Shown piece after piece: positions 22,778-38,500 of a DNA stretch of 64,000 nt (positions are counted from its first letter, which is position 1; each line of letters begins with the position of its first letter). The translations under genes were made by a program, and so were the position numbers. Below the pieces are notes generated by a model. It saw nothing but the letters and a program-made list of their open reading frames with translations. It did not search any database and was not told where the DNA came from. Source of the DNA: Intoshia linei (lineage: Eukaryota > Animalia > Orthonectida); contig LWCA01000022.1 of the NCBI GenBank assembly GCA_001642005.1, positions 14,599 to 78,598 of the forward strand. The letters run 5' to 3'.

Positions 22778-25700
22778 ATGCAAGCTATAGGTAGAGGTAA
22801 ATTCCGAGAAAAGAAAAAAAGAAACAATAAAAGGGGTGCAAAAGAAAATAAAATTTCCAATCTTAATTTGAACAAAAATTCTAGCAATTCGAACAAAGAA
22901 ATACAAAGTCTAAATAAAACGAATGAAAATTTTTTGACAAGTTTGAAAAATGAAAAAACAAATATTCCATTAACAGTAGAGAAATCAATAAATAAGAAAG
23001 ATGACAGAGTTACATTACAAAAACATTCTAAATCGTTAGACTCGGTATCCACTGAAATTTCACTGACGCCTGAGTGCAAACATCAAAGTATTAAACACGA
23101 AAAAATGAGTTTAAACTCCCAAAACAGGGTAAACCAAATCAAATGTGACAATTCTGTATCTGGGGATGAGTGCAAATTTAACCTAGATAAGAATATGGAA
23201 CATTTGAGTTTAAATTCGTCAATTGTTTTTAATAAACAATTTGATGTTTCCAATTCAAATTCTAATCAAACTTATTGGAGTTCTCTTTGTAATTATACAC
23301 CTGACATGTCTGATGCGTTTCTACATTATAGCTACCCACCAAACTTTTCAAATTTTCCAATGATGTATTATAGCAATCTTCCCGGTTTGGAAAATTCACA
23401 AAAATTAAGTCGGACCAATATTTACATTAGAGGACTCAATGTTGATACAACAGATGACAATTTATATCAAATGTGTAGAAAGTAATTTATTATTAGGTAT
23501 TTTTATATTTTTTCTTTTCAAGGTTCGGAAATATCATTTCTACTAAAGCTATAATAGATCACCAGACTAAAAAGTGTAAAGGTTATTTTTCAATTTATTT
23601 AATTTAAATGAGTTTGAATTAATTAATTTATTAGGTTACGGATTTGTTGATTTTGAAAATCCTGAATCTGCTGATCGTTCAGTCAAATGTTTAAAAGTGC
23701 AAGGAGTACAAGTGCAAATGGCAAAGGTGATTTAATTTATTTATCAGTATTATACGGATAGTTAACAATACTCATTTTTAAGATAAATTTTTTAATAGTC
23801 TTAGTTATTGTGCACTATAATACTCATAATTAACAATAATTATAATTATTGAATAACTGTAATAAAACCGCTCAGTTACAAATATTACAATACAAAAATG
23901 ATTATATGTATCAACTCGGTGTGGCCCGTCGTAAAATGAATCTAATTGTTTGATATCAAAACTAGGTTGACTGTTATGTAGTTGATACAAACAGCGTCTA
24001 GCTCTGTGGAGGGCGGACTTTTCTAATTCTACCAAAAAAATAATTTCAATAATAAAATCTTATCTACTGTTAAAATGTTAAATTCACATTTTTTTTCTTT
24101 AAAGGAGTGGTTCCCAAACATGTTTCACTACGGACCGGTCATTTCACATTATCTTTTAATTTAAAGTGAAATATTCAAAATTAATTTTATTTGTTAACAT
24201 TTGTGTCAAGAATTTTAAAAATCAATTTTGATCTTATTTTTTTAATTTAATAGCGAGAATGATGCATAATCTTAAAATTAAAGTCAAAATAGTACAATCC
24301 TAAAAATTGTCATAAATAAATGTAACAAATTCAATAAAAAATAAAACTGTAAATACCGGTAATATCTTTTTTAATGTGATGGTATATATTCAGTATCTGC
24401 TTTCGATGAGTAAGAAATACCAATTTTAACCAGCAATCACCTATAGCATTAGGATCTTGTAGCAACTTGTAATTTACTATATTTTTTTTAATTGTCTTGA
24501 TTTTCTTATATTTGATATTAATCTTGACATCATCTTTTTTAGTGTTTTCTTGTATCTTTGGTTGATGTATTTTCTATTTATTCGTTTCTTTTTTATTAAT
24601 GTGTAAAACTGTGAAATGTACACATTCTATGCCATAGTAAGTAGGCAAGTCGTAGAATGTATACATTTCATGGATCAGTCATAGAATGTTTAATTTTGGG
24701 TTTTAGTAATTTTTTTTTAACCAACTTTAAGGGGGTTTTTTAGAATTTTTTTTTAACCAACTTTCAAGAGGGGTTTTTAATATTTTTTTTGAACCAAACT
24801 TTCAAGAATAATTTGTAGGAAATTTTTTTTGAACCAAACTTTCAATGAGGGTTTTTAGGAATTTTTTTTGAATTATCGTTCAATTGATATATATAAAAGT
24901 TTTAACGACAACCCATCTTGAAATTTTAGTTCAAATAAAATTTTCTAAAAAACCAACCTAAAAATTTGGTTCAAAAAAAATCTTAAAAAAATAAGTAAAT
25001 AAGTAAGATATATTTAAATCTCAGAAACTCACATCTTACCTGTGAAAAAGCCCAATTATCTTTTTTTTTTGAAAATCAAACGAGTCCTAGAATTTAAAAA
25101 AATATGCATTTTGATACAGATTTTAAAATCATGAACATTATTGTACAATTAAATTTCAAATATCCTGAATGGTACATTGAAAAACCCCAAAATAAAGCTT
25201 ATACAAAAAAGATATCATTTGCATATCATATTAATAATTATTAATATATTATTATATGTATTATAACACGTACGTTATTATTACAACAATGACAAATTAA
25301 CAATACATTCACTAAATTTGAAATTATACCATTGTATTAATTTTATTAATAGCAACAAGAACAGGACCCAACAAATTTATACATAGCAAACTTGCCAGAA
25401 TCGGTCGATGAAAATCAACTGGAAAGTGTCCTTTCTGAGATTGGAAAAGTCATTTCAACTAGAATATTGAGAAACGTTGATGGTACTAGTCGATGTGTGG
25501 GGTTTTCAAGATTAGAATCTCATCAAATATGCGAGAACGCTATTGATAAACTTAACAAACAACCTTTTCCTGGACACAAAAAATTACTAACAATTAAATT
25601 TGCTGATAATTGTAACCGTAAAAAAACCCCATTCATGTATCCAAATTATGACATTACAAGTGTAATTTTCCAAACTCATAGATATGTAATAAAGTTATAT

Positions 25701-26234
25701 AAAACTTTTTTGGCGCCTTTTAATGACACTTTGCGCGAATCAAGTTGGCTTATAGTCGTACATTATTTTTTATTTTTTTAAATAATCTAGGTTCCCAACT
25801 ACAAACCATGCATTTTGGATGCCAACGGGTTAGTTATTAATATTTATAATAAATACTATTAAATTATAATTATAATGCATTACAATTAACGTTAAGCCAG
25901 GGTCAGGTATCCGGCTTTAATTTTATATAAATTACACATTAGCAGTTTTGATGATTATTATTCACATATTTATGTTAATTAATTCATTACATTTTATTTA
26001 CTATTTTTATCTCGTTTATTAATATTTTAGAAATTTTATTATGCCACAATATCCATACAATTGTATGCCATATACTTTTGTGCCATATAATCAAAACTTT
26101 TATACAAATCCAAATGAATATACGTATCCGATGAACGTTTAATTAATTTTTATTATATAATACATTTTTAGATTTATTATCCTTCAATGGAAGAATCTGC
26201 ATTAAATATACAAAATGACGACTTGTTGCAATAG
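22778..26234 (+). CDS. RBMS1: RBMS/MSSP/alan shepard family double-RRM RNA-binding protein
   Basis: Exons 22778-23481, 23523-23581, 23635-23726, 25353-25661, 25791-25828, 26031-26136, 26172-26234. Motifs [56 protein letters not shown] and KFAD are diagnostic. The start codon is uncertain. Confidence 0.93.
23962..25200 (-). mobile_element. Helitron copy with nested repeats in an RBMS intron
   Basis: The minus-strand 3' end CTGTTTGTATCAACTACATAACAG (hairpin) TCAAC CTAG|T is at 23962. A copy of the AACTGTGAAATGTACACATT element with about 32-bp subrepeats sits at about 24608-24990. Confidence 0.65.
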
Positions 26235-26661
26235 ATTTGAAATTAAATTAATTTTTTTAAATTCTAACTTTTACTTTCAAGCATAAAATATCAACTTGTT
26301 TATCCAACATTAAAATCCATTTCCCACAGCGCATTGACCGATCAATACTGATACAAATGTTTACAAAAAAAATTTAATTTGGTTTTGTTGAAACCTTACT
26401 AGCCAGTAGATCTTACTGAGTAAGGGCATTAATAAATTATTTAGTCTAATTCATGGTTTCTCAACAGGATAATTTTATTTTGGAAAAAAGTGTATAAGAT
26501 GGTGTAAGGTATTGCAACTATGGTAACAAAAAAAATATTGATAATCGCTGGACTATATATAGGGTTTGATAAAAATTTGTTAATCCATTATAAGAAATTT
26601 ATTTATATATTTTAATTTTACTATAATTACAATTAAATTAAAAAAATCCAATCCGAATTAA

Positions 26662-28467
26662 TCAATTTTGCTCATTGACAAAATGTATATTTGTAAAACA
26701 ACTAAATTCTAAATCCACGCGTACATTATTGAGTTTATCAAGTTGATTATGAACACTTTCATTTTCTGTCAATTCAAATTGTTTGTTTGGAAGAGGATAA
26801 ATGAAATGCGTATCAACATTATATGAATGATTGGAAACAATATCAGTTAGATAAATATTCCTAACACGATTAGCATAGTTGGTAAGGACTTGGTTATAAA
26901 TGCTATTTCCACCAATAACAAAAGTAATAGAAATTGAATTATTTTCAATAATATTAAACGCTTGATCAATATCACCACACATGTGATAAAATAAACCATT
27001 CAATTCGATTTTTGTAGGTTCTTTGGTGGTTTTCGATAAAATAATATTAAATCTATCATGTAATGGTTTAAATTTTTCGGGTATAGATTCCCAAGTTATA
27101 CGACCCATTATTACAGCATTTTGGTAATTTGGAAGGTTTTCATGGCAAGAATCAACTTTTTTTGTTTTTTTTTGAAAAAATTTCATGTCTTGTGAAATAC
27201 TCCATGGTAAACTTCCTAATTTTTAGTTTATAATGATTTTAAAATTACATTTAACAATATAAAAATAATTGAACCTTTGAAACCAATTCCATCGTTTGCT
27301 TTACAGCGAGCCAAAATTAGAGATAATGTTGGTTTCTAATTTATTATAATTGTAGAGATTTTTAATTAATTGGTTTTACTTTTATCGCTAATATTTAGGT
27401 AATTTAGGGTCTTTTTCACTTAAACTTAGAATTGTGGTTTGGGCAGATGAACCCAGCAGTCATTTTTGTTAGAAATAATTGCCGATTGGAAAAGTTTCTC
27501 TAGAAAAAGTGTTGGCAACAACCAAAGGTGTACAATTATATTGTTAAGTTACACACACAGTTAACATAGAAATTATTGTTATTTGTATATTTGAAAAATA
27601 TTGGTTGGTAATATATTAAAAATTATTTTTCACCGGGAATGCGTATATTTCTGGGGTTGAAATTTTGTATTTATATCAACTGGAATAAGCTCTATCAGAA
27701 TAATATTTATTTTTTTTTAATTTTCGGACCGTTAATTATTTGACATTTTTTGTTTTAATAAAAATACTCGGAAAAAAATATATGAAATATTAAAATGCTT
27801 TTTTGACCGTGAAGTCGACACTTATTTTGATTGAAATTTTTGTGTGTGTTAACAGGATACAACTGTACCACCTGTAATTTTTTAAATTCTAGGGTTGTTT
27901 TCATAAAAAAAAGGGTAATTTGGTGTTTTGGCTCTGAAGATATAATTTTTTTAAATTTAAATTTATAAAAATATTTATGATTTTAAATACATATCATATA
28001 TTTTTTTAAATTCTCCAACTTGTTTGATTTTCCAAAAAAAGGACAATTGGGGTTTTTGACCGGTAAGATGTGAGTTTGGGAGGTTGAAATTTATCTTATT
28101 ATATGTCCCGAAAAAAACTGTAATTGAAATGTGGACTTTATAAAATTCTAAAACTAATAGTTATTTCAATAAAGTAGAACACACACACACAAACAAATAT
28201 TATTTAGCTTATTAGTAATAAGCTACGCAATTAATGTTTATTATTGAATTTATATAATAAGTTATTACATAAGTAAGATTTTTCAAAAAGTTTATAACCG
28301 ACTACAATTGTATGTATTTTTGCATTTTGCAACTAATTCTGTCAAATTTGCATCGAAAAAAAGAAAGTAATCACAAAAACACTAGAAGCAATTCAGATGT
28401 ATAGAAAAACAGCATGAGATGTTAAAAGATGACAATTAAAATAAATAAATTGGATAAATATTACCAT
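26662..28467 (-). CDS. DHFR: Dihydrofolate reductase
   Basis: Exons 27335-27275 (KPTLSLILARCKANDGIGFKG) and 27215-26662 (SLPWSISQDMKFF, NAVIMGRITWESIP, PLHDRFNIILS, FVIGG, DTHF). The initiator is probably an ATG-only coding exon at 28467-28465 (ATG|GTAAT), which is less certain. Confidence 0.93.
27595..28222 (-). mobile_element. Non-autonomous Helitron family copy
   Basis: Colinear with 5200-5732 and inverted relative to 37393-37990. Confidence 0.75.
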
Positions 28468-29513
28468 TCCAAATCAAAATTCAAATTGAAGATTTTTTTG
28501 TGTACAATAATTTCAAACCAGATGCTACAAAAATCAAGTTTAGTAACTATACTACAACTACAGGGTGTTTATTTTAAAACTTATTTTTTAATTATTTGTT
28601 AACAATTTCATATTAAACTTTTTCATTAATATAAAAAGTTAATTATTTAATTTATTAATTTAGATAATTTAATTTTTTAAGCACAGGTTTGAAATAAAGT
28701 TCAAAATACTTGATACACAATTACAGTGTATATTACAGTGGTAGGAAAACTACGGCCCGCGAAATCATGCTTCATACTTATGTTTACATTCAAATTTTAA
28801 AATTGATTGTTTACATTGTAAATTTTACAACATGTCACATTCTATTTAGATAATTATCTGTCTATTTTTGTGCATTAGATAAAATTTTCCTATCTTTATC
28901 TCTTTTAACAAATTAAATTTTAACAAACTCTGTAAATAAAATAATTGTATATTTTTAATTAGATTAAACTAAATACAATGATATAAAAATGAAATTTTTT
29001 GGTAGGTTTTATCAATAGTTAAACAAAAAATTTTTTTTTATTATTTATCAATAATAGGCTAATTTTTGTTCAAATTTGATCAAATTTTCTTTTATTTTTT
29101 GCATAGATATAATTACAAACACATAAAATTTTGAAACTTAATAATAAACACAATTAATAACTAAAATGCACTCCAAGAATAATAATTGTTAATTATTCAA
29201 ATGGAATTTTGACATTTTAATATTTAAAAAATGCATTTGTCATTGTCAATTCATTGTTTATTATAATTATCAATAAAAATGCGTTTTAAAATTAAAATTA
29301 AAAATTCGCTTTGGACATAGTTAGCTGCTCTGTGTAAGAAGTAGATAACATTCAAGCTAGTACAATCTAAAATGTTCGTTCATTTTATTTTCTGTTAAAC
29401 CTAACAACAATAAACAATGTATAAGTTTTATGTGATAGTAAAACAAATGTATGTAGGCAATTTTATAAATAAACAATAATTTATTAAAATTATATTTTTA
29501 AACATTCTGAAAG

Positions 29514-32500
29514 ATGACAATCGGTATAAACACAAGTGATAATTCAGATAATGAAACAGTTGCTGATCATAGCAGTATATTGAATTTACATGAATGTTTG
29601 GAAGAGTATTTTAAATTTATACATAAATAAAAAACTATTTTATCTAAATTTTATTGTATTTATATTTTGAACCCATAAGGATATTTGTATTGGAAAATAA
29701 ATTAGGTTAGATAATTAATTTTAACTAACTTGGCACACAAAGTAATTGAAAAAAAAATTTTCAAAAATATTATGACAATTTTTAATAGTTTTAGCAACAG
29801 ATTGTGTGTATTATATACAATTTTTGGAACCCGCATGTTTTGAATTTTTGAGGATATTTCCAGCTTCAGAGATATTTAAGGTTACCATTCTGAAATATCC
29901 TTATTATATCCTGAAATATAATATATACACTAAACATTTTTAATAAAAGTAATAATAGTAATAATAATAATTCTAATTAAAGTTTTACGATCATAAATAA
30001 TCTAAATTAGTCAAGTTGATGAAAAACTACATGCTATGAACATTGGAAAAATTGAAATGATTGATAAAAGAAATTATATGAATGATTTATACGATCAATA
30101 TGAATTGTCCAAAAATAAATCTGAAATATTAAGGTTATTAAACCCATTCAATATAATATAAATAAAAACTGGACCTTGAAACTTTAACAACTTTACCAGC
30201 TATTATTGCACTAAATCAGTGGTTCTCAATTCAAATAGTGTACGAACCCTCATTTCAAAATATTTATTTATTTGGCCCTAAAGGAAACATAAATATAAAA
30301 CATTTATAAAAAAATTAAAAGTTTTTTCTTATAATATTATAGTAAAATCGTGTTTTTCAAAAAAATATTGGAAAAAGGGAATTTTTTATATTGGGTTTTG
30401 GATTCATAAATTATTATTAAGCTATTAGGTAAAATCTAATATTATGAGCAATAGTAATGAGGTAATTTTTTATTATATATTTTTCCTTAAATCGAAAATT
30501 TTACATTAATTTTGACATGGTAGCTTCAATGGCGTAATGAAAAAAATTTTTAATTTCAAAAATATTTATGGCGAACTACCAGTGCCAAATCTACCGTATG
30601 CGAGATCCTTCTACCGAGGGATCTCGACGAATTTTTTTTTAAAATCGAGGCTTTAATTTACTAAATTGAGCATTAAAAAATTCTTGAATATCGACTAATT
30701 TGAATGTTAAATTTAAAATATCAACTCAAGAGTCTTAGAAAGGTGGATAGGGTTATATGACATTATAATTCGTTTACAAAATATTTTAAGGGGCTATTTT
30801 TCATTTTTGGAGTGGCGACGAGGTGACTAGGTTTGGTTCCGGGAACAATCGAATTAAGTTAAATCGTTACATATAATAAATTTAACGCATGTCAAAATTA
30901 TTCACGTTATTCACATTGTCAGTAAATTTTCACTTCATTTTGATTAAATGATGTTTACGTTCACTAATAATGATAAATGATCAATACTTAATAATATTCT
31001 AATTTACATGTTTAATTTATTAGTAATAAATTATTATTATTATTGTTAAAAAAAAGGTTATCTTCATTTTATTTAAATTTTTTTTTGTAAATCACTTTGG
31101 GAACCACTGGTTTAGTTTATGTACTATTTTATATAAGTTATTTAGAACAGCTATAAACAAATCTAAAGAAACAATATCAAATCTATCAGTGGAATTAAAA
31201 AATAAAATATTGAAATTTCAAAATAATTTAAATAAAAAGTTATTTATTAACTAATATTGTAAATAAAATAACATATATGTTAAACATTATTTTAATGATT
31301 AAATGACACTTGAAATGAAACTATGACTTTTATTTTTGAATAATATTATCTGTTAAAAAATTTCGCACCAAATTTAATATGACGACTAAATTTATTTATA
31401 ATTGTAATTTTCATAGTATATTACCTGAATTTTTTTTGTAAAAATTGGCGCAATAAATTTAATTTTTAAATATTATAATCAAATTGATTATATCAATTAG
31501 TGTAACCCAAACAAACTTGTTGAGTAAAGAAATTGGAAGATGTGAACAAGAATTAAATAATGAAAAAAATGTAATGGAAAATTTAAATAAATCTTTGGAC
31601 GCAATAAAGTAAATTATTTTACAATTTACAAATTGAATTATATTTAGCTATACGAGGAATAAATTATTAATAAAAATAAACTCTGTAAAAGTGCAAGAAG
31701 ATGAATTAATAGAAAACGAAAAAATATATCAATCGCAAAATGATGAAAAATATATAAATAGACTAAATGTTTATAAAGAAATAAAATCCAACAATAATCG
31801 ACAGATTCATAAAACTTTAAAGTAATATCTCCATATTTTGTTACTAAAAGGTTTATTTAATTTTTAGAAAAGCTAAAATCAGTGAATACTGGTTGATGGA
31901 AAAATTACAATCTGAAAAAAATGAAATAATAAATTCTCAAAATAAATTACAAAAGTATTGGGAAAAGAATACTTGCAGGTTATATAGTTAATCAAGGATA
32001 TCTGACGAATTTTAATAATAAAAGATTTAAAATTAAAAACTAAATGTTTACCCCTTATCGAATTAACCAATAATTGTAAATAAATAAATTAATAGAATAA
32101 ACAAAGAACAAAACGATAAATATGAGAGTGACCTTAAAAAATTTGAAAAACAAATGGCAAATATTGAATCTTTGAAAAATGCAATCAAACATTCTAAAGT
32201 AAAACCATGCTGAATTTATTTTAATAAAAAATAGGAAATTATGAACATATCGAGAGCTAGAAACGTTGAAACTGAAAAAAATAAATTACAAAGAAACGAA
32301 GAAACCAAAGAAAAATTAGCAAATAGTGGATATGATGCAGAAGTGGGTATACTTTTAGAAAATCATTTAAATCGATTCGAACAAGAAAAAAAGTAATCAA
32401 AATGAATTTATTATTTTGCAAATTTCAAGTTGAGAAAATTTTTAGAATATTTGAAAAATTAAAATTACAGAACCGTCATGAAATTGTCAAAAATTTACTA

Positions 32501-35500
32501 CAAGAACAAAAAGACATGAAAAAAAGAAATGAAAAATATAAATACTTATTTCAAAATGATGATAAAAATTCGATTACTAAAATAAAGAAAAATTTTATAA
32601 ATAAAATCAAAAGTTTTCAGTACAATGAACAAGAAGAAAATGAGATTCTTCAATTAAAATCTCTGCAAGAAGAGAAAACTCAGGGTGAGAATATTTTAAT
32701 AAGTAATACCTAATTTAACTGACTGTTCTTAATAGACAACACATCGTATGATGATCAAGTAAAAAAAAATATGATAGGATTAGAACCAGAAACTCGTGCC
32801 TTGTATGAGAATAAAAACGTTTTTACATATACCCAAAATCAAAGTTTATACAAAAAAATGCTGCAGGTAAAATTTTATATATTAAACCAAAATTTATTTT
32901 TTAGCTACGTCATGTCAATAATATGGAAAATTTAAAAAAAAGTAAAATCATTGTCCAGAAAGCTAGTGGAAGAGTTTTAGTTGGCCCAGCTTATTATAGT
33001 ACTCCAAATGAAATTGTTTTTAAAGTAATGTGTTTTTATATTTGTTTTTGCGCTTTACAGCATGGGTTCTTAACCTTTTTCTATTTGACACCCTTTAATT
33101 CAATAAAATTCGATTAAGCATTCCAAAAATTTAATAAACTTAATTTCGAAAAAATATTTTAACTTATATAATATGCTACGCGATTTTTGTTTTTGTGTGT
33201 GTGTGTGTGTTCCACTTTATTGAAATAACTACCAATTTTAGAATTTTTTATAAACCACATTTCAATTAGAGTTTTTTCCGGGACGTATAATAAGATAAAT
33301 TTTAACCTCTTAATTTCACATCTTACGGGTCAAAAACCCCAGTTGTTCCTCTTTTTGAAAATCAAACGAGTTGGAGAATTTAAACAAATATATATGCTGA
33401 TGCGGATTTTAAAATCTTAAAATTATCATAAATTTAAATTTAAAAAAATTATATCTTTAGGGCTAAAACCCCAAATTACCTTTTTTTTAATGAAAACAAC
33501 CCTAGAATTTCAAAAAATTTACAGGTTGTACAGTTGTATCCTGTTAACACACACAAAAAAATTTCAATCCGAATAAGTGACGACTTCATGGTCAAAAAAG
33601 CATTTTAGTATTCATTTTTTTTCAAAATATTTTATTAACAAAACAAAAAATGTGAAATAATTAACGTCCGAAATTTAAAAAAAATAATTATTTTGATATT
33701 TCGTTCTCTGTTAGTCGTGATGTTTTACTTTTTGGTCAAATCATGATGTAAAAGTTCCAAATAAAAATCTTTTATAATATCAACTTTTTTTAAAGAAATT
33801 AGAATAAAATGTTGGAGGTCCCAATTTACTGTACTGAAAAACTATGTATGAATATAATTATATTTATAGGATTTTGAAATTAACAAAGGATATTCAATAA
33901 ATGTCTTATTAACCAATATTTCACATACAATAAATTACGTAAAATATGAAAACATGACGGAAAATCTAAAAGATTTTATATCCATAGAGTATTTTTAATA
34001 GAATTAATTTCTAAATTATATATATAATAAAAATATTCTAATAGATTTACTCCACCAGGAAAAATGTCTGCAGGTTTATCTTGTAATATGGTTGTTAATT
34101 TTAATCCTAAAGTAAATTATTAAATTTTAATATAATATGTATTATATTTAATTATACTGTAATTTATCGGTTGTTTTATATTTTTTAGGAGAATATTTTT
34201 AATTTTCGGTGCTTCGAGCTTGATAAGTTCGGCTCTCCCCTAATCAGTATATATATGCTCATAAATAGCAAAATTTACTTTGTATGCCTAATAAAATATA
34301 GTATTATTAGTATTTCATTATCCACATTTTGATAAACTGGATTCTTCCATTTTAAAACCATACTTGAATATTAATTTTGGAACAATTGGGTTGATTTAAT
34401 ATTTTAGATTGAAATGGATATCGAAGGTGCAATAAATATGATTACTCAAACTGGTCCAATTGATATTATTGTTAAATGCCTTACTCAAAAATGCATGGTA
34501 TAATTGTACAACATGATGTTTTCATATAAAAAATACTTAGCTGCGTTTACATAAAGAGACTGTAAACTTTGAACAATTGGTTATAGACAACAAGGAATCA
34601 AAAATATTTAAAATATGCAATGATGGAGCACTTCCAACATATGTAAATATTTATAAAGATATCGGAGAAAAAACTGCATCAATTTTTGATCTATCTAATG
34701 TTCTGACGGTAACATTTATGGTGGTTTAAATTCATTAATTTAGCCGGTTTTCGAAAAAAGTGGTACAGTTGTTAGTGAAGAAAAAGGCGGTAATTAATTT
34801 TTTTTAATTTAACTAATCTTAAATACTGCGAACATTCAGTTAAACGACATAATCATTTATTTTTTCACCCAATTTTTAGATTTTGAAGATAATTCTCCAA
34901 TCAAAATTTGGGTAAAAAAAGGTTCCCTTTAAAATCTTTTAAAAATCGGAGAAAAAATTTTTCCTGAAGAAACCCACAAAAATTTCTTAAAAAAATCAAT
35001 AATATAATAAATTATTAAAATCGATGATTATGTCGCTTTATGATGTATTGCTCAAATGAATGTCTCTCTAGAGCAGTAATTCTCAAACTTTTTTACCGCA
35101 GCGAACACTTAGCAATTAATGAAACATTTTGGCGCGCACCATGTATAATATATTAAAAATTTATACTACTATATGTATAACTAGGTTGACAGTTTTGTAC
35201 TAGATACAGAAATAATTTTTTTTTAAATTCTAGGGTTTTTATCATTTTTGAAAAAAAGGGTAATCTGGGTTTTTGATTGTGAAAATTATCTTTTTTTAGG
35301 TTGCCATTTATGATAATGGTTATGATTTTAAAAACTTTTTCAGAATGTGTGTTGTATAAAATTCTAAGACTTTCTTTAAACTGGAACAAACAAACAGACA
35401 TACATTTTAAACTATTGTACTTTAAGTAAGAATAATAAATATTCTAGTCAGGAATGGAAACTAATCTCTTAAAACAGTGGTTCCCAATTTTTTTAGTGTT

Positions 35501-38500
35501 GTGACCCTTAATAAAATTGTAATAAAAATGTACAGTATTCTCTCTATAACTCGCCATTCTTGGGATTTAGAAAAAGTTGGCGACAGAGAATTTAAAACTA
35601 TATAAACATAAGATAAAACCTTTAAATTAAAGGTTAAATTATAATAAAATGTAAATTGTAATACAAATTGTAAAATTTAATACAAAATAAATTAACTTAT
35701 TTTGAAAAATGGTTTTAAAACATTTAGTTTATATTTTAAATTAATGGAGAGCTGTGGAGATAATACTATATGTTGATTATTATAAAAAAATTAAAATATT
35801 CAACTTCTCTCGACCCACCGGTTTGGCACTGTCTTAAAGTGAGCGACAATTACTAATATATGTATAATATATATTTAATTATTAATTAATTAATTAAATA
35901 TTTAAATTAATATAATCTATTTAAAATAATTATTTAATGTTTGAAATTTTAGGTTGATGAGTTTTGGCAATTTTATCAATTTTAGTTGGAATTTGAGACA
36001 ACGAAATTCTTATTTCTTCTTCGACATATTTGCTTCTTTTTTATTTTTGATATTAACAAGGGTTGAAAATCCAACTTTACACATGTATATGAAATCGAAA
36101 ATGACAATAATATGCCTAACGCTTTGCTACATACATCAGAGTAGTCGTCTTTCATTGAAATAAAAGTTTTCAAGAGACAACTCTTTAAAATTAATTCTTA
36201 GACCACGATCAGTTAATATGATCGCTAATTCCACTTCTTTTTATACATTCAATAGTTTTTCACTTTGTGTATCTACGAATTTATTACGAATCCAATCATA
36301 TTGTTCGATATTCAAGGATGGGAAATAAGTATCAGGAAACATTTCTAAATCATTTTTCTCACCATTTTACACAAATTAATGAAAAAAATATTAAAAATAC
36401 GAAAATTTTAATGGCACATATTTTTTTTCTATAAAAATATTTATAAAATTAAAATTTATTATTTATCAGTGCACGCTGGCGCACCTATTGAGAATCACTG
36501 CTCTAGAGAATGGATGTTTTCACGGTTATGCTTATGTAAACTTTATGTTAAATACATTAAAAATTTAGAACCAAAGACTAATTATTATTCACAAAGTAAA
36601 AGTCAATCTAGCAAATGCAAAGAAAGTCAAAAATCAAATTTAAGCAAATCTTTTGATTCAAATTTATCAAATACAAAATTTTCAAATTCTAATTCCGTTT
36701 TTAATGAGTCTGAAAATGAAACTGAAAAGTCGGATTCTGGTACTAGGGATGAAACGAATGAATTGAATTTTGAAAACGAAAATTTCTTTTTGGATGATAA
36801 TTCAAAGGTATTATCTAATTACCTACATTAAAGTGTCTCTTAAAAAATCAAAACATAACATTTACATTACCATTCGGTATATTCATATTACTAATTGACT
36901 CTAGTTTACTCGCACTCTCTGGTATATAATCACTAGCCGCTTTTTGACCAATAACTTTAAATTTTTGATCGAAATATGTATCCTTTAAATTTATGTTTAG
37001 CTATTATACTTTGTCATACTTTCGTTCTATTTTAAAATTTCCACATATTTTATTATGATATCGTTATGTTAGTATCCTGTGTCATAGGAGCATCACTCGA
37101 AATGTATTTCAGAAAAGGCAATTATTTTATCATTGGCTTTATATCAGTGTTTCCCAATCTTTACTGCGTACATTTAGTATATTACACTATTAAATCTTAT
37201 TATATACATTATTATATATTATTATGTAGTACAGTCTTTTTTAACCGTTTTTGCTTCAAGCGCATTTTGAAATAAATAAAAACTTTGGCGCACCTTAAAT
37301 TTAGATACGAAGAAACACACCGATATTCGAAAATGTGTAAAGATTAAAAGCGATAAAAATATAAAATTATAATAATACAAACATACTATTATTCTTACTT
37401 ACATATATATATTATTGTATATAATATGCTACGCGATTTTTGTTTGTGTGTGTGTCTGTGTGTATTCAGCTTTATTTAAATAACTACCCGTATTAGAATT
37501 TTATAAAGTCCACATTTCAATTAAAGTTTTTTCCGAGTGATAATAAGATACATTTCAACCTCCCAAAGTCACATCTTACGGGTCAAAAACACCAATTGTC
37601 TTTTTTTAAATTAAACGAGTTAGAGAATTTAAAAAAATATATCTTCAGGGCCAAAACCACAAATTCCCTTCCTTTTTTTGAAAACAGCCCTAGAATATCA
37701 AAAAAATTACAGGTTGTACAGTTGTATCCTGTTAACACACACAGAAAATTTCAATCCGAATAAGTGACGACTTCACAGTCAAAAAAGCATTTCAGTATTC
37801 ATATATTTTTTTTCCGAAATATTTTATTAAAACAAAAAATGTAAAATAATTAACGGTCCAAAAATTAAAAAAAAAAGATTATTCTGATAGAGCTTATTCC
37901 AGTTGATATAAATACAAAATTTTAACCTCAGAAATCTACGCATTCCAAGTAAAAAATAATTTTTAATAGTTATCAACCAATACTTTTCAAATATTTCGAT
38001 TAAAATAAAAAATAAAAATTTAAATATTGATCCTACAATTTAAAAAAAATGTGCATTGAACGTCTACACATTTCCAATAAATAAATATAGGTGAAAATCT
38101 ATATAATTCATTCCTTTGGAATTTTTATACTTTAGAAAAATTCTCAGTTCGTTAATCAGGATTTTTTTCCGTTAATGACGAATTCCGTTATATAGGGATT
38201 AGCCTATATATAGAAATATTATACATATAATACAAACATAACGTTTTCAATGATTAATATATGAATTATTCAACAATTTAAAAACTATAATTGGCCAGGC
38301 TGACTGAATGTATGTAGGAATATACAATATGTATAATACTTTATATAATTTTTAATTACTAGAGTTTATATGTTGACGCCTATTCTACCGTAGATGTAAC
38401 CATTTGGTGGAAACCAAATTTTGTTGGATTACATATATCAGATTTTATAGTAATCTCGGACGAGTACAAACAAAAAGTATATTTTAATTTATCAATTTAA

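Noticed and set aside
27335-27463. Spliced-leader-donated AUG or a non-canonical intron to start DHFR
   Set aside because: A conventional ATG|GT exon at 28467 explains the start more simply.
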